Part shown: positions 1 to 9,238 of the stretch, in pieces
Position numbering within the stretch: position 1 is the stretch's first letter
Layout: the number at the start of each line of letters is the position of its first letter
Source of the DNA: Bacteroidota bacterium
Lineage (GTDB): Bacteria > Bacteroidota > Bacteroidia > NS11-12g > UBA955
Direction: 5' to 3'
Assembly: GCA_040386935.1 (NCBI GenBank)
Contig: JAZKEQ010000001.1
Span: 62,232 to 126,231, forward strand
DNA length: 64,000 nucleotides
Made by a program: the position numbers and the translations under genes
Notes under the pieces: generated by a model
Database searches by the model: none
Seen by the model: the letters and a program-made list of their open reading frames with translations, nothing else
What the model was told of the DNA's origin: nothing

Positions 1-3000
1 TATACCATTGACATAGTGTGTGCTTACTGATTTCACCAATTCCTGACTGAAGGTAATTTTACCATCAACCATCTCAATATCGCTATACACAAAATCACCT
101 TCTTTTTTTGAACCGTAATTAATAAAATGGCTGCTCCAAAAAATTGTATGCTTAAGTGGATCAGCCTCTATTTGCTGTATTTTTTCATCTACTTTAGAAG
201 AATGTAGCACTAGTCGAGTCAAGGCCTTCATTAATTTAAAATAATTATCAGACCCCATCCCAATTACAGCATCGTCAATTTCATCGACCAATACTTGCAC
301 TAATGGCAAGCCATTGACTTTTACAAACTCCAATGAATCAAGCATTTGATCAATCTGATTATCAGGTGTTGAATTAATCAACTTTACTGCAACTGTCTCC
401 TCTCCACTACCCCGAATATGCATTATCTCATTGATACCGTTAGAGGCCAACAATCGCAATGCCTTAACCCTAATATCCAATAACAACTGATTATAAACAC
501 CATCATTCATTGTAATGAGAACATCAAAAACTTTTTCAGGATCATTGATTTTATTGAACACTTTTTCCTGCTGTGCTATTGACAACATGGACAACCGCAA
601 ATAATTCTCAAAACTCCACAACCCGTCTACTTTCAACGGTTCATCAAGATTGACCGAATAGGGCTTGTAATACTTTGGAAACTTTTTTAACAGCGCATCA
701 TATGTGGCAACATTATAATATTTATACTCCTCACCGAGATCATTAATCAATCTAACGATTCGCCTGCAATTTCCTTCATTGGATTTATAGTTAATATTTA
801 TTTGTGATTTTTGCCACCACTTCCTAGCATCTTCAGTAAGATTTTCTTCATCAAAATATTCATAACATTCATCTTTCAATTGAATACTTTTTAACATCTC
901 CTTATTAATGAGAGTTAGCGTAGAGATAATGACTCTATTGGGTGAATGAATATACTTGTAATTCCCTTTACAGATTTCAAGCAAACAGGATTCCTTCTCA
1001 ATTCCTGCATAAATAGTATGTATCCCTGCTTTACTATTCCTATAGACAAAAGAATCAATCAGCAAAAAATTATCATCCCCTTTATAAAATCCGGAAAAAT
1101 TTTGCTTGCCATACACTGATGAATTATAACTAACCCCCTTATAAATAAAGCTTGTAACAACACCTATACTATTCTTAGATGTATTCGACAGTATTTCATT
1201 TTTCCCGCCAGTATAAGCCATACTAAAATATATTGCCCCAATAGAATCTGAATGAAGTGTAATTAGGCCTCCATCAGGTTGCACAAATTTCAAATACCCG
1301 CTATCAGCAATCCCCAAATCTGCTAGGGTTCGTCTTTTATTTTTTATTATTTTTCCCTCTATCGCTTTCTGAGTTATTGATGTTTTTAAATTATTAAGAA
1401 ATTTAGGATCGTGAATGGCCATCCATTGCTTGTAGTTCAATAAACTTTGAGGAACATTGTAATCCATTAAATTTTGTGTTCGTCCTGCCCGACTAATATC
1501 CTCACCAAACGGATGCTCTAAATACAATTTTCCATGACCAAATTCATGTGCAAGCACCCTTGCCGACAATCCGGATGAATTATTCAAAAATAAAAATCCA
1601 AATTGCTCTCCAAATCTCATAAATCCATCAGTATTTTCTGATGATTGATTCAGTAAAAAGAAATATGAAGTATCACTTTCAGTCAGGTATCTATATTTTG
1701 CTTTATAGGCTGATATAAACTGAGTTAATTTGCTGTTGTAAGTATTACTGAGCAATGATGCCTCTGCATTAATTGTTTCCTCATCTTGGCTATAACCCGA
1801 AACTTCCAAGTTTGTCCCTTGAACAACTGACGGCAAAACACCATAGGCTCCATAAATACCCTTTAGCTGAGCCATTATATCTAATCCATCTACTTGTATT
1901 CCTACACCATTAACAGGAATTAACTTTACAACAGGCTTCTTTGCATCAACATTGATTAAATTTATCTTACCAAGAATCCATCTTTTAGGTGTTCCTTTAC
2001 CATCAACACTATATTTAGCGACAGCCCAAATTGCATCTGCATAAAGATGCAGTCTTCCTTTAGCAGTTATACTAAAATTCATCCCATCCCTTAAAAATGG
2101 CAATCTTGTCCCATCACTTCTAATAAAAAAAACACTGTCTAAAGGGCAACGAATTTTACTGCCCTGAACAAATTTTGCATTAACATTTATACTTTCCCCT
2201 GTAACAGCTAAATGCCAACCGACATTATAAGCAGTATCCAAACATTCAAGTTTATCATAGGTACTTCCATCTGTCAATTTAGATATATCAAAAGCATCGT
2301 ATCCATTGGATGGCTCATCATAAAAAAACAATTTAGCCATACCGGCAGGCAATTCAGTTGGCGAGATTTCACCGGTTATATCCACTTTAACCACAGGCTC
2401 TGTTTGAGGACCTTCGCTTTCAACAATGACACCTCCTTCACTTATATAAAATACTTTACCCTGTTTGTCTTCAACTTTATAATTTTTCCCTTTGACTAAA
2501 TTCTGCTTACCACCACTACCACTTATTATTATCTTACCTGTTTCCTCATCCAACACAATATTATCAATCACGCCATCATAAATAACTTGATTGTTTTTAT
2601 TCCAATTTTCTCCAAAAAAAGAACGCCAATTTTTTGCAAGACTTTGAACGCTTCGGTTGCTTAACTCCAAAGGGGCCTGCAATAAACTTATTTTCCCTGC
2701 AATCATTCTTTTATCTGAATTAATCCTTATGTTTTCAAATGTGCAAGGCAATGGAACAGGTCCTGAAAACGGCATTGTCACAAGTCCGGTCCCACTAAAT
2801 AGTCCATTACTTCCTGTGGATGCCAAAATTCTAACTTTGAAATCAGCTGCTTCAATGATTTCTCCGGCTTGTAAAAGAATAAGAGGATTGCTGTTGCTTA
2901 AGTTAATTTCAGGCAAAGCATTCCCGCATTTCCCAGTCCAATCATTGTAAGCACTCGTTCCATCTGATGTTTTAAAAGTTACTAAATCAGTTGATTCACT

Positions 3001-4089
3001 TTCATTATAGCTACAAGTTGCAGTTACTTTAACTTCGTAAACTTCATTAGGTGTTAGCTGAGTGAGTAAACAAGCATTTGAAAAAACGACATCTGTTTTA
3101 AACATCTTTTCACTCTTTTTTTTGTAATACACCATATAACTCCTTGCGTTTGTCATTTCATTCCAAACAACCGAAGCGGATGTCCCTCCTGTATCTTTTA
3201 TCTCTATCTCTGATGGCGATGCACATTGACTTCCATAGGTAAAAGACACTATTTGACTATATCCATTATTTTCGAAAACATCTTTCCCGTCTACATCAAT
3301 TGCCTGAATTTGGAGTGCATAACTCCTCCCTTCAATTAAAGAGGGATCACCAGGTCCAAATACAAACACTGTTTGAGAAACTACCGTTTCAAAAAATGGC
3401 AATAATGTGCTTTGCATAACTTCATTAGGATTGCGATTATTGGCCGACATCTCAACTAGTCTGATTTTATACCTCACTTTATCTATTAGTTGAGGTGTTA
3501 TTGTATGTCTTGGCGTAAAATGAATTTGCAAAAATTGGGGTTGCTGAACAGCTATAAAACTCTTGTCAAATGGGAGATTTACAATTGGTGGCAAGTGCTT
3601 AAACAATCCGGCTGATGCAAACCCATTGTTACTGACTTGAACATTGCGATAAGGATTAATCGCTTTAAAACTAAACTGATAAAATCCTTCAGGCAGATTA
3701 CTTCCACCCGCTAAATATTGACTTTTTGAAATTCCTGTAAAATTAAGATTGGCCGTATTAAAGAGTTCCGAAAGATCAACGCCTGACAACAATAAAGGGA
3801 CACCTGCCGTTAAGAAATATGAAGTAGGCCTGAAATTTTCTGCTGTTTCAATCACAATTCCCTGTCCTTCTATGCGCATATGAAGATAGACTTCTACTTG
3901 AGGAGTTGTAAAATCTTTATTGAGCAAATTGATACTCAAACGACCTGCATCCAGCGCATACTCAGGCAAGTTTAGCGTATTGGGTGGATTAAGACTTATT
4001 GCTATTTGTACAGGGTAATTTTGAGCAATGCTTTTTCCAGTTATTAAAAAATACATTGCTAATAAAAAATATGATTTAAACACTTTCAT
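1..4089 (-). CDS. Large secreted multidomain protein, first 1363 codons only (3' end lies beyond window start); FN3-like module and metzincin-like HExxH zinc-protease motif
   Basis: Absent from the ORF track because there is no stop inside the window. ATG at 4089-4087. I hand-translated this frame at 4089-4021, 3240-3121, 2220-2161, 1560-1501 and 60-1 and saw no stops. No other minus-strand ORF >=60 aa is listed for 1-4094. N-terminus MKVFKSYFLLAMYFLITGKSIAQ looks like a signal peptide. 3240-3121 encodes ...SPSEIEIKDTGGTSASVVWNEMTNARSYMVYYK (FN3-like). 1560-1501 encodes RVLAHEFGHGKLYLEHPFGE, followed shortly by NLMDY (Met-turn-like). Confidence 0.85.
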   Translation of the reverse strand, partial: MKVFKSYFLLAMYFLITGKSIAQNYPVQIAISLNPPNTLNLPEYALDAGRLSINLLNKDFTTPQVEVYLHMRIEGQGIVIETAENFRPTSYFLTAGVPLLLSGVDLSELFNTANLNFTGISKSQYLAGGSNLPEGFYQFSFKAINPYRNVQVSNNGFASAGLFKHLPPIVNLPFDKSFIAVQQPQFLQIHFTPRHTITPQLIDKVRYKIRLVEMSANNRNPNEVMQSTLLPFFETVVSQTVFVFGPGDPSLIEGRSYALQIQAIDVDGKDVFENNGYSQIVSFTYGSQCASPSEIEIKDTGGTSASVVWNEMTNARSYMVYYKKKSEKMFKTDVVFSNACLLTQLTPNEVYEVKVTATCSYNESESTDLVTFKTSDGTSAYNDWTGKCGNALPEINLSNSNPLILLQAGEIIEAADFKVRILASTGSNGLFSGTGLVTMPFSGPVPLPCTFENIRINSDKRMIAGKISLLQAPLELSNRSVQSLAKNWRSFFGENWNKNNQVIYDGVIDNIVLDEETGKIIISGSGGKQNLVKGKNYKVEDKQGKVFYISEGGVIVESEGPQTEPVVKVDITGEISPTELPAGMAKLFFYDEPSNGYDAFDISKLTDGSTYDKLECLDTAYNVGWHLAVTGESINVNAKFVQGSKIRCPLDSVFFIRSDGTRLPFLRDGMNFSITAKGRLHLYADAIWAVAKYSVDGKGTPKRWILGKINLINVDAKKPVVKLIPVNGVGIQVDGLDIMAQLKGIYGAYGVLPSVVQGTNLEVSGYSQDEETINAEASLLSNTYNSKLTQFISAYKAKYRYLTESDTSYFFLLNQSSENTDGFMRFGEQFGFLFLNNSSGLSARVLAHEFGHGKLYLEHPFGEDISRAGRTQNLMDYNVPQSLLNYKQWMAIHDPKFLNNLKTSITQKAIEGKIIKNKRRTLADLGIADSGYLKFVQPDGGLITLHSDSIGAIYFSMAYTGGKNEILSNTSKNSIGVVTSFIYKGVSYNSSVYGKQNFSGFYKGDDNFLLIDSFVYRNSKAGIHTIYAGIEKESCLLEICKGNYKYIHSPNRVIISTLTLINKEMLKSIQLKDECYEYFDEENLTEDARKWWQKSQININYKSNEGNCRRIVRLINDLGEEYKYYNVATYDALLKKFPKYYKPYSVNLDEPLKVDGLWSFENYLRLSMLSIAQQEKVFNKINDPEKVFDVLITMNDGVYNQLLLDIRVKALRLLASNGINEIMHIRGSGEETVAVKLINSTPDNQIDQMLDSLEFVKVNGLPLVQVLVDEIDDAVIGMGSDNYFKLMKALTRLVLHSSKVDEKIQQIEADPLKHTIFWSSHFINYGSKKEGDFVYSDIEMVDGKITFSQELVKSVSTHYVNGI

Positions 4090-4094
4090 ATTAT

Positions 4095-5843
4095 CTAAAT
4101 TTTTCTTCTTTTAATTGTAAATAAATCTACACTTACAGCATAGTTCAACATAAACGTAATTTCATTGAAAAGCATACTTGATTCATATGGGTTTGTAGTG
4201 GGAGAATCTTTCCTATTTAACAATAAAAAAGACACAGAAAAGCTATGAACCTTCTTTACTGTATATGCCGCTAAAATTCTCAAATTAAACACACCTCCAG
4301 CATGCGCCCCTTTAATGAAGCTACCCGTGTAATTAAAAGCCACTGAAGGCCTTAAACGCTTCTTAAACATTGGCTTACCAAAACAGAGGACCGGTGAAAT
4401 ACTCAACACTTTAATATCATTGATTGTTGATTGATTACCATTCATAGACAATATAAACATCTCCCCACTTTTTTTCCTTTGATAACTATAACCTAAATTA
4501 CCATTATAAAAAGTATTGCTATTAATCAAAACTTCATTTCTCAGATCACTTGAGGTTTGTACTGTTATCATAGCTAAAATACTTGCTGTTGACAAACTAT
4601 CAGAATGTAATATCACATTTATATTACCCATTAAATTCCTTGAAACTTGTCTGAATTTTAAAGTATCAAGCATCATGTAGGGATTATTTTGATTTTGAAA
4701 ATCATTGACCGGACGGGTATTGGTATAGCTCAGAAAATTTGAATAATTAGCTGTGAATGTTATGCCTTTTTTAAGTAAGCAGTTGATGCTTGTATTCGTC
4801 ACAAGTCGCCCCATGGTATTAAGTTTTGTTTTTTGCAAATTATCTCTTTGTTTGCCAATGGTGCTATTGAGATTTACTTTTTGCTTAAAGACTTTAGCAG
4901 AAAATGTTGCAGTTATATTTTCCAAATCACTTGTAAAATAATACGCTCCAAGTGTCTTATAGAATGGATCAATTCGTTCATACCCCAGCTGCAAACCATA
5001 GTTGTTTATTTTATAAGACAATGAAGATTTAAATGCTTTATAAATTCCTGTAGAAGTATTAGCATCAAAAAAACGGGGCATTCTATCATTGACTAATTGA
5101 TTATTCTTATTTTCATTAAAAATTGATACTGATGCTTCACCATTAAACTCTAATTTTTTTTTAAATGTTTTTTGATAGTTCAAACTCCCACAATGATTTT
5201 GCTTAGGCTGGAGAGGATAAGGCATATCCATTACGTTTAATGACCTCACATCATCAGATGCCGTGAATAAAACCATATTAATTGCACCAATAGATTGATC
5301 CTTATATCCAATCTTGCACCCTCCTCCCATTCGCTGAAATGCCGGCAATATATTCTGACTAATGAGTTCAGGGGTATTGGGAATTTTCTTTTGTAAGCGT
5401 CCATAAAAAGCATTAAATGACAACTTCCCCGGTGTCAGTTCAAGTGCACCCCCATTGAACAAATGACCATTAACAGTATAACCTGAATAATTACATGAAA
5501 TAGTACCTGCATGTACTGTTATCCATTTATAGCTAGGGTGAATAGATGTTTGATTATAGGTAGGTTGAGTGAGTTGACTACCCAAATTAGAATATGTAAA
5601 GTTAAAAGGTGCATTGATTACCCCTAATATCTGAAATTGAAGATTTCCTGAAAAAAGATATGAATAAGGTTGCCGAGATGGATTTTTGCCTGTGGCATAA
5701 TTAAAAACCTGATTAATAGAGACACCTCCCGCCCCCTTCAACAAATCACTTTTAAGCATGGCGTCAACATTTTGAGACAATGCTGAAGCAGGACCGATTA
5801 ACACAAAAAATAGTACAAATTTTAGTTTGTAGTTTTTAGTCAT
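4095..5843 (-). CDS. Putative outer-membrane beta-barrel protein (no family recognised)
   Basis: 582-aa ORF. N-terminus MTKNYKLKFVLFFVLIGPASALSQ is signal-like. Y/F/N/G/S/T-rich alternating composition is typical of OM barrels. Its stop lies 5 nt upstream of the ATG of the large gene at 4089, which suggests an operon. Confidence 0.75.
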   Translation of the reverse strand: MTKNYKLKFVLFFVLIGPASALSQNVDAMLKSDLLKGAGGVSINQVFNYATGKNPSRQPYSYLFSGNLQFQILGVINAPFNFTYSNLGSQLTQPTYNQTSIHPSYKWITVHAGTISCNYSGYTVNGHLFNGGALELTPGKLSFNAFYGRLQKKIPNTPELISQNILPAFQRMGGGCKIGYKDQSIGAINMVLFTASDDVRSLNVMDMPYPLQPKQNHCGSLNYQKTFKKKLEFNGEASVSIFNENKNNQLVNDRMPRFFDANTSTGIYKAFKSSLSYKINNYGLQLGYERIDPFYKTLGAYYFTSDLENITATFSAKVFKQKVNLNSTIGKQRDNLQKTKLNTMGRLVTNTSINCLLKKGITFTANYSNFLSYTNTRPVNDFQNQNNPYMMLDTLKFRQVSRNLMGNINVILHSDSLSTASILAMITVQTSSDLRNEVLINSNTFYNGNLGYSYQRKKSGEMFILSMNGNQSTINDIKVLSISPVLCFGKPMFKKRLRPSVAFNYTGSFIKGAHAGGVFNLRILAAYTVKKVHSFSVSFLLLNRKDSPTTNPYESSMLFNEITFMLNYAVSVDLFTIKRRKI

Positions 5844-6143
5844 AGTTTATTACGAATTAAAAGATAATAGCCCTGACTCAAAAACTTGATTTTGGTTTCA
5901 CTCTTATTTTTATCAAATAATTATTGCTATTTTTTTAAGAGAAAAATACTAGTTCATTATTCGCAATAAAAATATTACCCCAAACTAAAACTGTTTAACA
6001 GCAACATATTTCACAATTTAATTTAAATTTAGAGAACCTTATTTTCTTAAAATAAATCACCCCTAAATTTTCCATATATCAACAGCTTAAAACAACAAAT
6101 TGTGAATATTTATTTTCGCAAATTCCATGAAATCAATTCTCAT

Positions 6144-6171
6144 AAAATAAAACATTCCATTGTTTTATTTT
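6144..6171. promoter_or_regulatory. Perfect 11-bp inverted repeat, candidate operator of the TA module
   Basis: aaaataaaaca-N6-tgttttatttt, 43-70 nt upstream of the HTH-antitoxin ATG at 6214. The operator role is inference only. Confidence 0.25.
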
Positions 6172-6182
6172 AAAACAATCTG

Positions 6183-6190
6183 TATTTTTG
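6183..6190 (+). promoter_or_regulatory. Bacteroidota-type -7 box (TAnnTTTG)
   Basis: tatttttg, 24 nt upstream of the ATG at 6214. Confidence 0.35.
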
Positions 6191-6213
6191 TATTCAGCTA
6201 AAAACAACCAACC

Positions 6214-7002
6214 ATGCATACTCCTATTACACAACAGCAAGCCGGGCTGCGCATAAGCGAGCTTAGGAAACTAAAAGGCCTGTCGCAACAGGAACTGGCA
6301 GATAAAATAAATATGTCGCGCCCTTCGCTGGCGCAACTGGAGCTAGGCAACAGGAGCATTGATATTTTTGAACTGGAACAACTGGCCATGGTATTGGGTT
6401 TTTCAATCGATCGTTTTATGTCGGCCGAATTTAGCCCCGAAACTGTACCCAGTGAGAAAACAAAACAAAAAAAACAAAGTGAGCGCATAGCGGTGCCTAC
6501 CCTACAGATAGCCAAACTTAAAAATGTGCTGCTGTACATATTAGAAAAATGTGCGGGCAAACCCAATGTGGGCGAAACTGTGCTGTACAAGTTGCTGTAC
6601 TTTGCCGATTTTAATTACTACGAGCAATATGAGGAACACCTTACTGGTGCCAAATATCGCAAGCTACCCTACGGCCCTGTACCGGCTAAGCTTGATACGA
6701 TAATAGCACAAATGGCTGCTGATGGTGAGCTGCAAAGGGTGAAAACAAAGTACCACGGACATACACAAACCCGCTACCTGCCGCTGCAAAGGGCTAACCT
6801 AATGGAACTAAAAGCCAGCGAGAAGGAAACACTGGACAGGGTGATAGAACAAATGGGTGATTGGTCGGCAACAGCTATTAGTGATTACTCGCATAAGGAC
6901 ATGCCCTGGCTGGCTTCGAAAGAGGGTGAGGATATTAATTACGAATTGGTGTTTTACAGAGACAGTCCTTTTTCAGTAAGAACCTATAGCGACAGTGAAT
7001 AA
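6214..7002 (+). CDS. XRE-family HTH fused to a DUF4065/Panacea-like (SocA-like) antitoxin domain
   Basis: 262 aa. LRISELRKLKGLSQQELADKINMSRPSLAQLELGNR is an XRE-type HTH. GETVLYKLLYFADFNYYEQYEEHLTGAKYRKLPYGPVP ... SDYSHKDMPW fits my memory of the Panacea/DUF4065 pattern (KLLYFAD..G..LTG..Y....GPVP ... SH.E.PW). Confidence 0.8.
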   Translation: MHTPITQQQAGLRISELRKLKGLSQQELADKINMSRPSLAQLELGNRSIDIFELEQLAMVLGFSIDRFMSAEFSPETVPSEKTKQKKQSERIAVPTLQIAKLKNVLLYILEKCAGKPNVGETVLYKLLYFADFNYYEQYEEHLTGAKYRKLPYGPVPAKLDTIIAQMAADGELQRVKTKYHGHTQTRYLPLQRANLMELKASEKETLDRVIEQMGDWSATAISDYSHKDMPWLASKEGEDINYELVFYRDSPFSVRTYSDSE

Positions 7003-7352
7003 TGGCGATGCGCTTTGACTCTTTAGCTGAATACGAAAGGGATTTAAAATCGCTTTTGAAAAAATACAGGACATTGCATGATGACCTGGAGATAGTAAAA
7101 AAGGTACTGAAGATAGCGCCTGATGAAAATCCCCCTCGCAGTTTTAGAATCAATAACCTGGGACTAACTACCTGTATTATAAAAGTAAAAAAGATAGCCT
7201 GCAAAGCGCTAAAAGGCAGTGGCGCAAACTCGGGCCTGCGACTGGTATACGCTTACTTTGAAGTGGAACAAAAAATTGTATTCATTGAACTGTATCACAA
7301 AAACGAAAAAGAGAATGAGGACAGGCAAAGAATACTGAAACACTTTGAGTAA
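7002..7352 (+). CDS. RelE/ParE-superfamily-like toxin (HigB/Gp49-like)
   Basis: 116 aa. Its ATG overlaps the upstream TAA (TAATG). The C-terminus GLRLVYAYFEVEQKIVFIELYHKNEKENED resembles the YR..Y......I.L..IY.K.E.E motif of RelE/ParE-type toxins. Confidence 0.65.
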   Translation: MAMRFDSLAEYERDLKSLLKKYRTLHDDLEIVKKVLKIAPDENPPRSFRINNLGLTTCIIKVKKIACKALKGSGANSGLRLVYAYFEVEQKIVFIELYHKNEKENEDRQRILKHFE

Positions 7353-7379
7353 GTTAACAACAAACGGTAATGTGTGTAT

Positions 7380-8111
7380 TTACCACCAACTGACCTTGCT
7401 CTCCACCAGCTCCCAGCCATAATTTTCTGATTCATTATAGTACTTAATAAGACCCACGCCACTGGCCCAATAGTACACGGTGGTGGGGAATTGGGTATGT
7501 GTTGTTGTATCACTTTTATACCACAGGTAGTCTTTGTCGACCCTAAACTTGAGTACTTTATAATAGGTTTTGTTGTGCAAGGTATAAGCACTGTCGACTC
7601 CTAAATACGTGGTGGTGGAACCGGCATTGCTTACCGATTTGGCTATATTGGTAGGGCCGGCAAATGTTACAATGGATGTTTTATTAACATAAGCTATGCT
7701 TCTGGTTAAAATAAATTTATTGTCGAGTGAGGTGTTATTCGCAGGGTATGTATTGCTAACTTCTCCATAAGTTGATTTATTAAATGAACTCCGTGTAATC
7801 CTTTGAATGCATTCATACTCTATTTTCATCCATATATTTTTATCCATTCTAAAATCAACTATCATAAGGCGAGGATAATTATATTGCAAATAATGAGTAT
7901 CTAATTGGTTTGTTAGAGAATTTTGATAAACCCACCAACTTCCTGGCTTTTGATTCAAATATTTTTTTTCTTCTTCGATGGTGTACTTGCGTTTGCTGTC
8001 AAAATGATCAGACCCCTGGCCAATATCATTGCGATAGCATGATGTAGCAACTGTAATTAAAACGACTACAATTAGCAATAATTTAAACTCATATGATTTT
8101 GCCTTAATCAC
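7380..8111 (-). CDS. Hypothetical lipoprotein
   Basis: 243 aa. Signal peptide plus lipobox ...LITVATSC. Confidence 0.65.
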   Translation of the reverse strand: MIKAKSYEFKLLLIVVVLITVATSCYRNDIGQGSDHFDSKRKYTIEEEKKYLNQKPGSWWVYQNSLTNQLDTHYLQYNYPRLMIVDFRMDKNIWMKIEYECIQRITRSSFNKSTYGEVSNTYPANNTSLDNKFILTRSIAYVNKTSIVTFAGPTNIAKSVSNAGSTTTYLGVDSAYTLHNKTYYKVLKFRVDKDYLWYKSDTTTHTQFPTTVYYWASGVGLIKYYNESENYGWELVESKVSWW

Positions 8112-8197
8112 TATTATAATTACCCAAGTAAGAACGAATATAAGCAGTATTTATTATATTTAATCACTATGCAAAAAACAAAGCTTTAGGCAACCCC

Positions 8198-9211
8198 CTA
8201 CTCCACCCTATACACCCTATCCATTATCTGTCGAGCTACATGGGGGCGATAGTGCGATGATTCGTAGTAGTTGGTATAATTGGCTGTTATGCTATTGATA
8301 CCCGAAAAATTGTGAACCTGTGCGGCACCAAATATGATTTGCAATGTGGTAACATCAGCAGGGTGCATGGCCAACTGATCGTAAAGCGGGCTGATGATGA
8401 TATGATACTGTGTATGCTGTAGCTGAAATACTTGCGCTATGTGCTGTAACAATAAGCGGTGCTGCTGCTGAATAACCTGTGGGGCATATTGCTGTGTGGC
8501 GGGCCGCGTATAAAACTCGGCCATAAGCTGTGGGGTGTAATACTGCTGCTGTTGTATTTGCTGCTCGTAAGCCTGAAACTGCAACTCGTTAGTAATAGCA
8601 TGATAGGCTGTGGGGCGCTGGTCGATAAGGTTATTGGCCTGCATATAGGGTTTGGCCCGACCGCTTATTTTTAAATCGGCATAGGTGTATAAAAACTGTG
8701 GCGATACAAAGGCGCTGATGTGGGCCAGATGGAATGCGCCCCAGTTGCTACCACCGCTTAATACCGGTGAGGGCACAAACAGATGGCCGCTGCGTGGTGT
8801 TGTTTGCGATAGCAATACATGGTCGACTATGAGCAGTGCATGGCGCAGCGGCCTGCCTTGTTGGTGGATGTAATTAACTTTTTGATGGATGCCATACAGG
8901 GTTTCGGCCGAGGCATCGAAGTGAAAGCAGTGGGCGCTAGTGGGCAAATGCTGTTGCCAATCGGCTACGCGATAAAAAATGGAGCGTGAGTTGCCAAAAA
9001 TAAATGCATTGTACTGCTGTGTGCTGAAGTATTGATTGTAGGTACTGGCGCTGGCATGATCCTTATTAATACCTATGCGGGGCTGCATACCATCGGCATA
9101 GTAGGATGTGCATGGCCATATTACTTTGAATGGATCGGCAATGCAATAAATGAGTACAATGAGTATGAATGGTGCAGTGAATTTGAGCAGGGTGATGAAG
9201 AATTTTTTCAT
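8198..9211 (-). CDS. Hypothetical partner of the MBOAT protein (possibly DltD/AlgJ-like SGNH-type acyl-transfer protein)
   Basis: 337 aa with an N-terminal TM/signal. Lies 27 nt downstream of the MBOAT gene. IFGNSRS and ESSHYRP could be nucleophile-Ser and His blocks, but this is a weak inference. Confidence 0.7.
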   Translation of the reverse strand: MKKFFITLLKFTAPFILIVLIYCIADPFKVIWPCTSYYADGMQPRIGINKDHASASTYNQYFSTQQYNAFIFGNSRSIFYRVADWQQHLPTSAHCFHFDASAETLYGIHQKVNYIHQQGRPLRHALLIVDHVLLSQTTPRSGHLFVPSPVLSGGSNWGAFHLAHISAFVSPQFLYTYADLKISGRAKPYMQANNLIDQRPTAYHAITNELQFQAYEQQIQQQQYYTPQLMAEFYTRPATQQYAPQVIQQQHRLLLQHIAQVFQLQHTQYHIIISPLYDQLAMHPADVTTLQIIFGAAQVHNFSGINSITANYTNYYESSHYRPHVARQIMDRVYRVE

Positions 9212-9238
9212 GTTTTTAATAGTGTTGGTTTGATAAAA

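Noticed and set aside
2212-2950. Plus-strand ORFs 2212..2499 and 2657..2950
   Set aside because: They are antisense shadows of the long open minus-strand frame 1..4089.
6198-6590. Antisense or alternative-frame ORFs inside confident genes (e.g. 6198..6590, 8459..8674, 9378..9689, 21284..21760, 23502..24014, 47003..47254, 48078..48413, 56708..57046, 61326..61670)
   Set aside because: Each lies wholly within a longer ORF that has recognisable family motifs. They are typical shadow ORFs.
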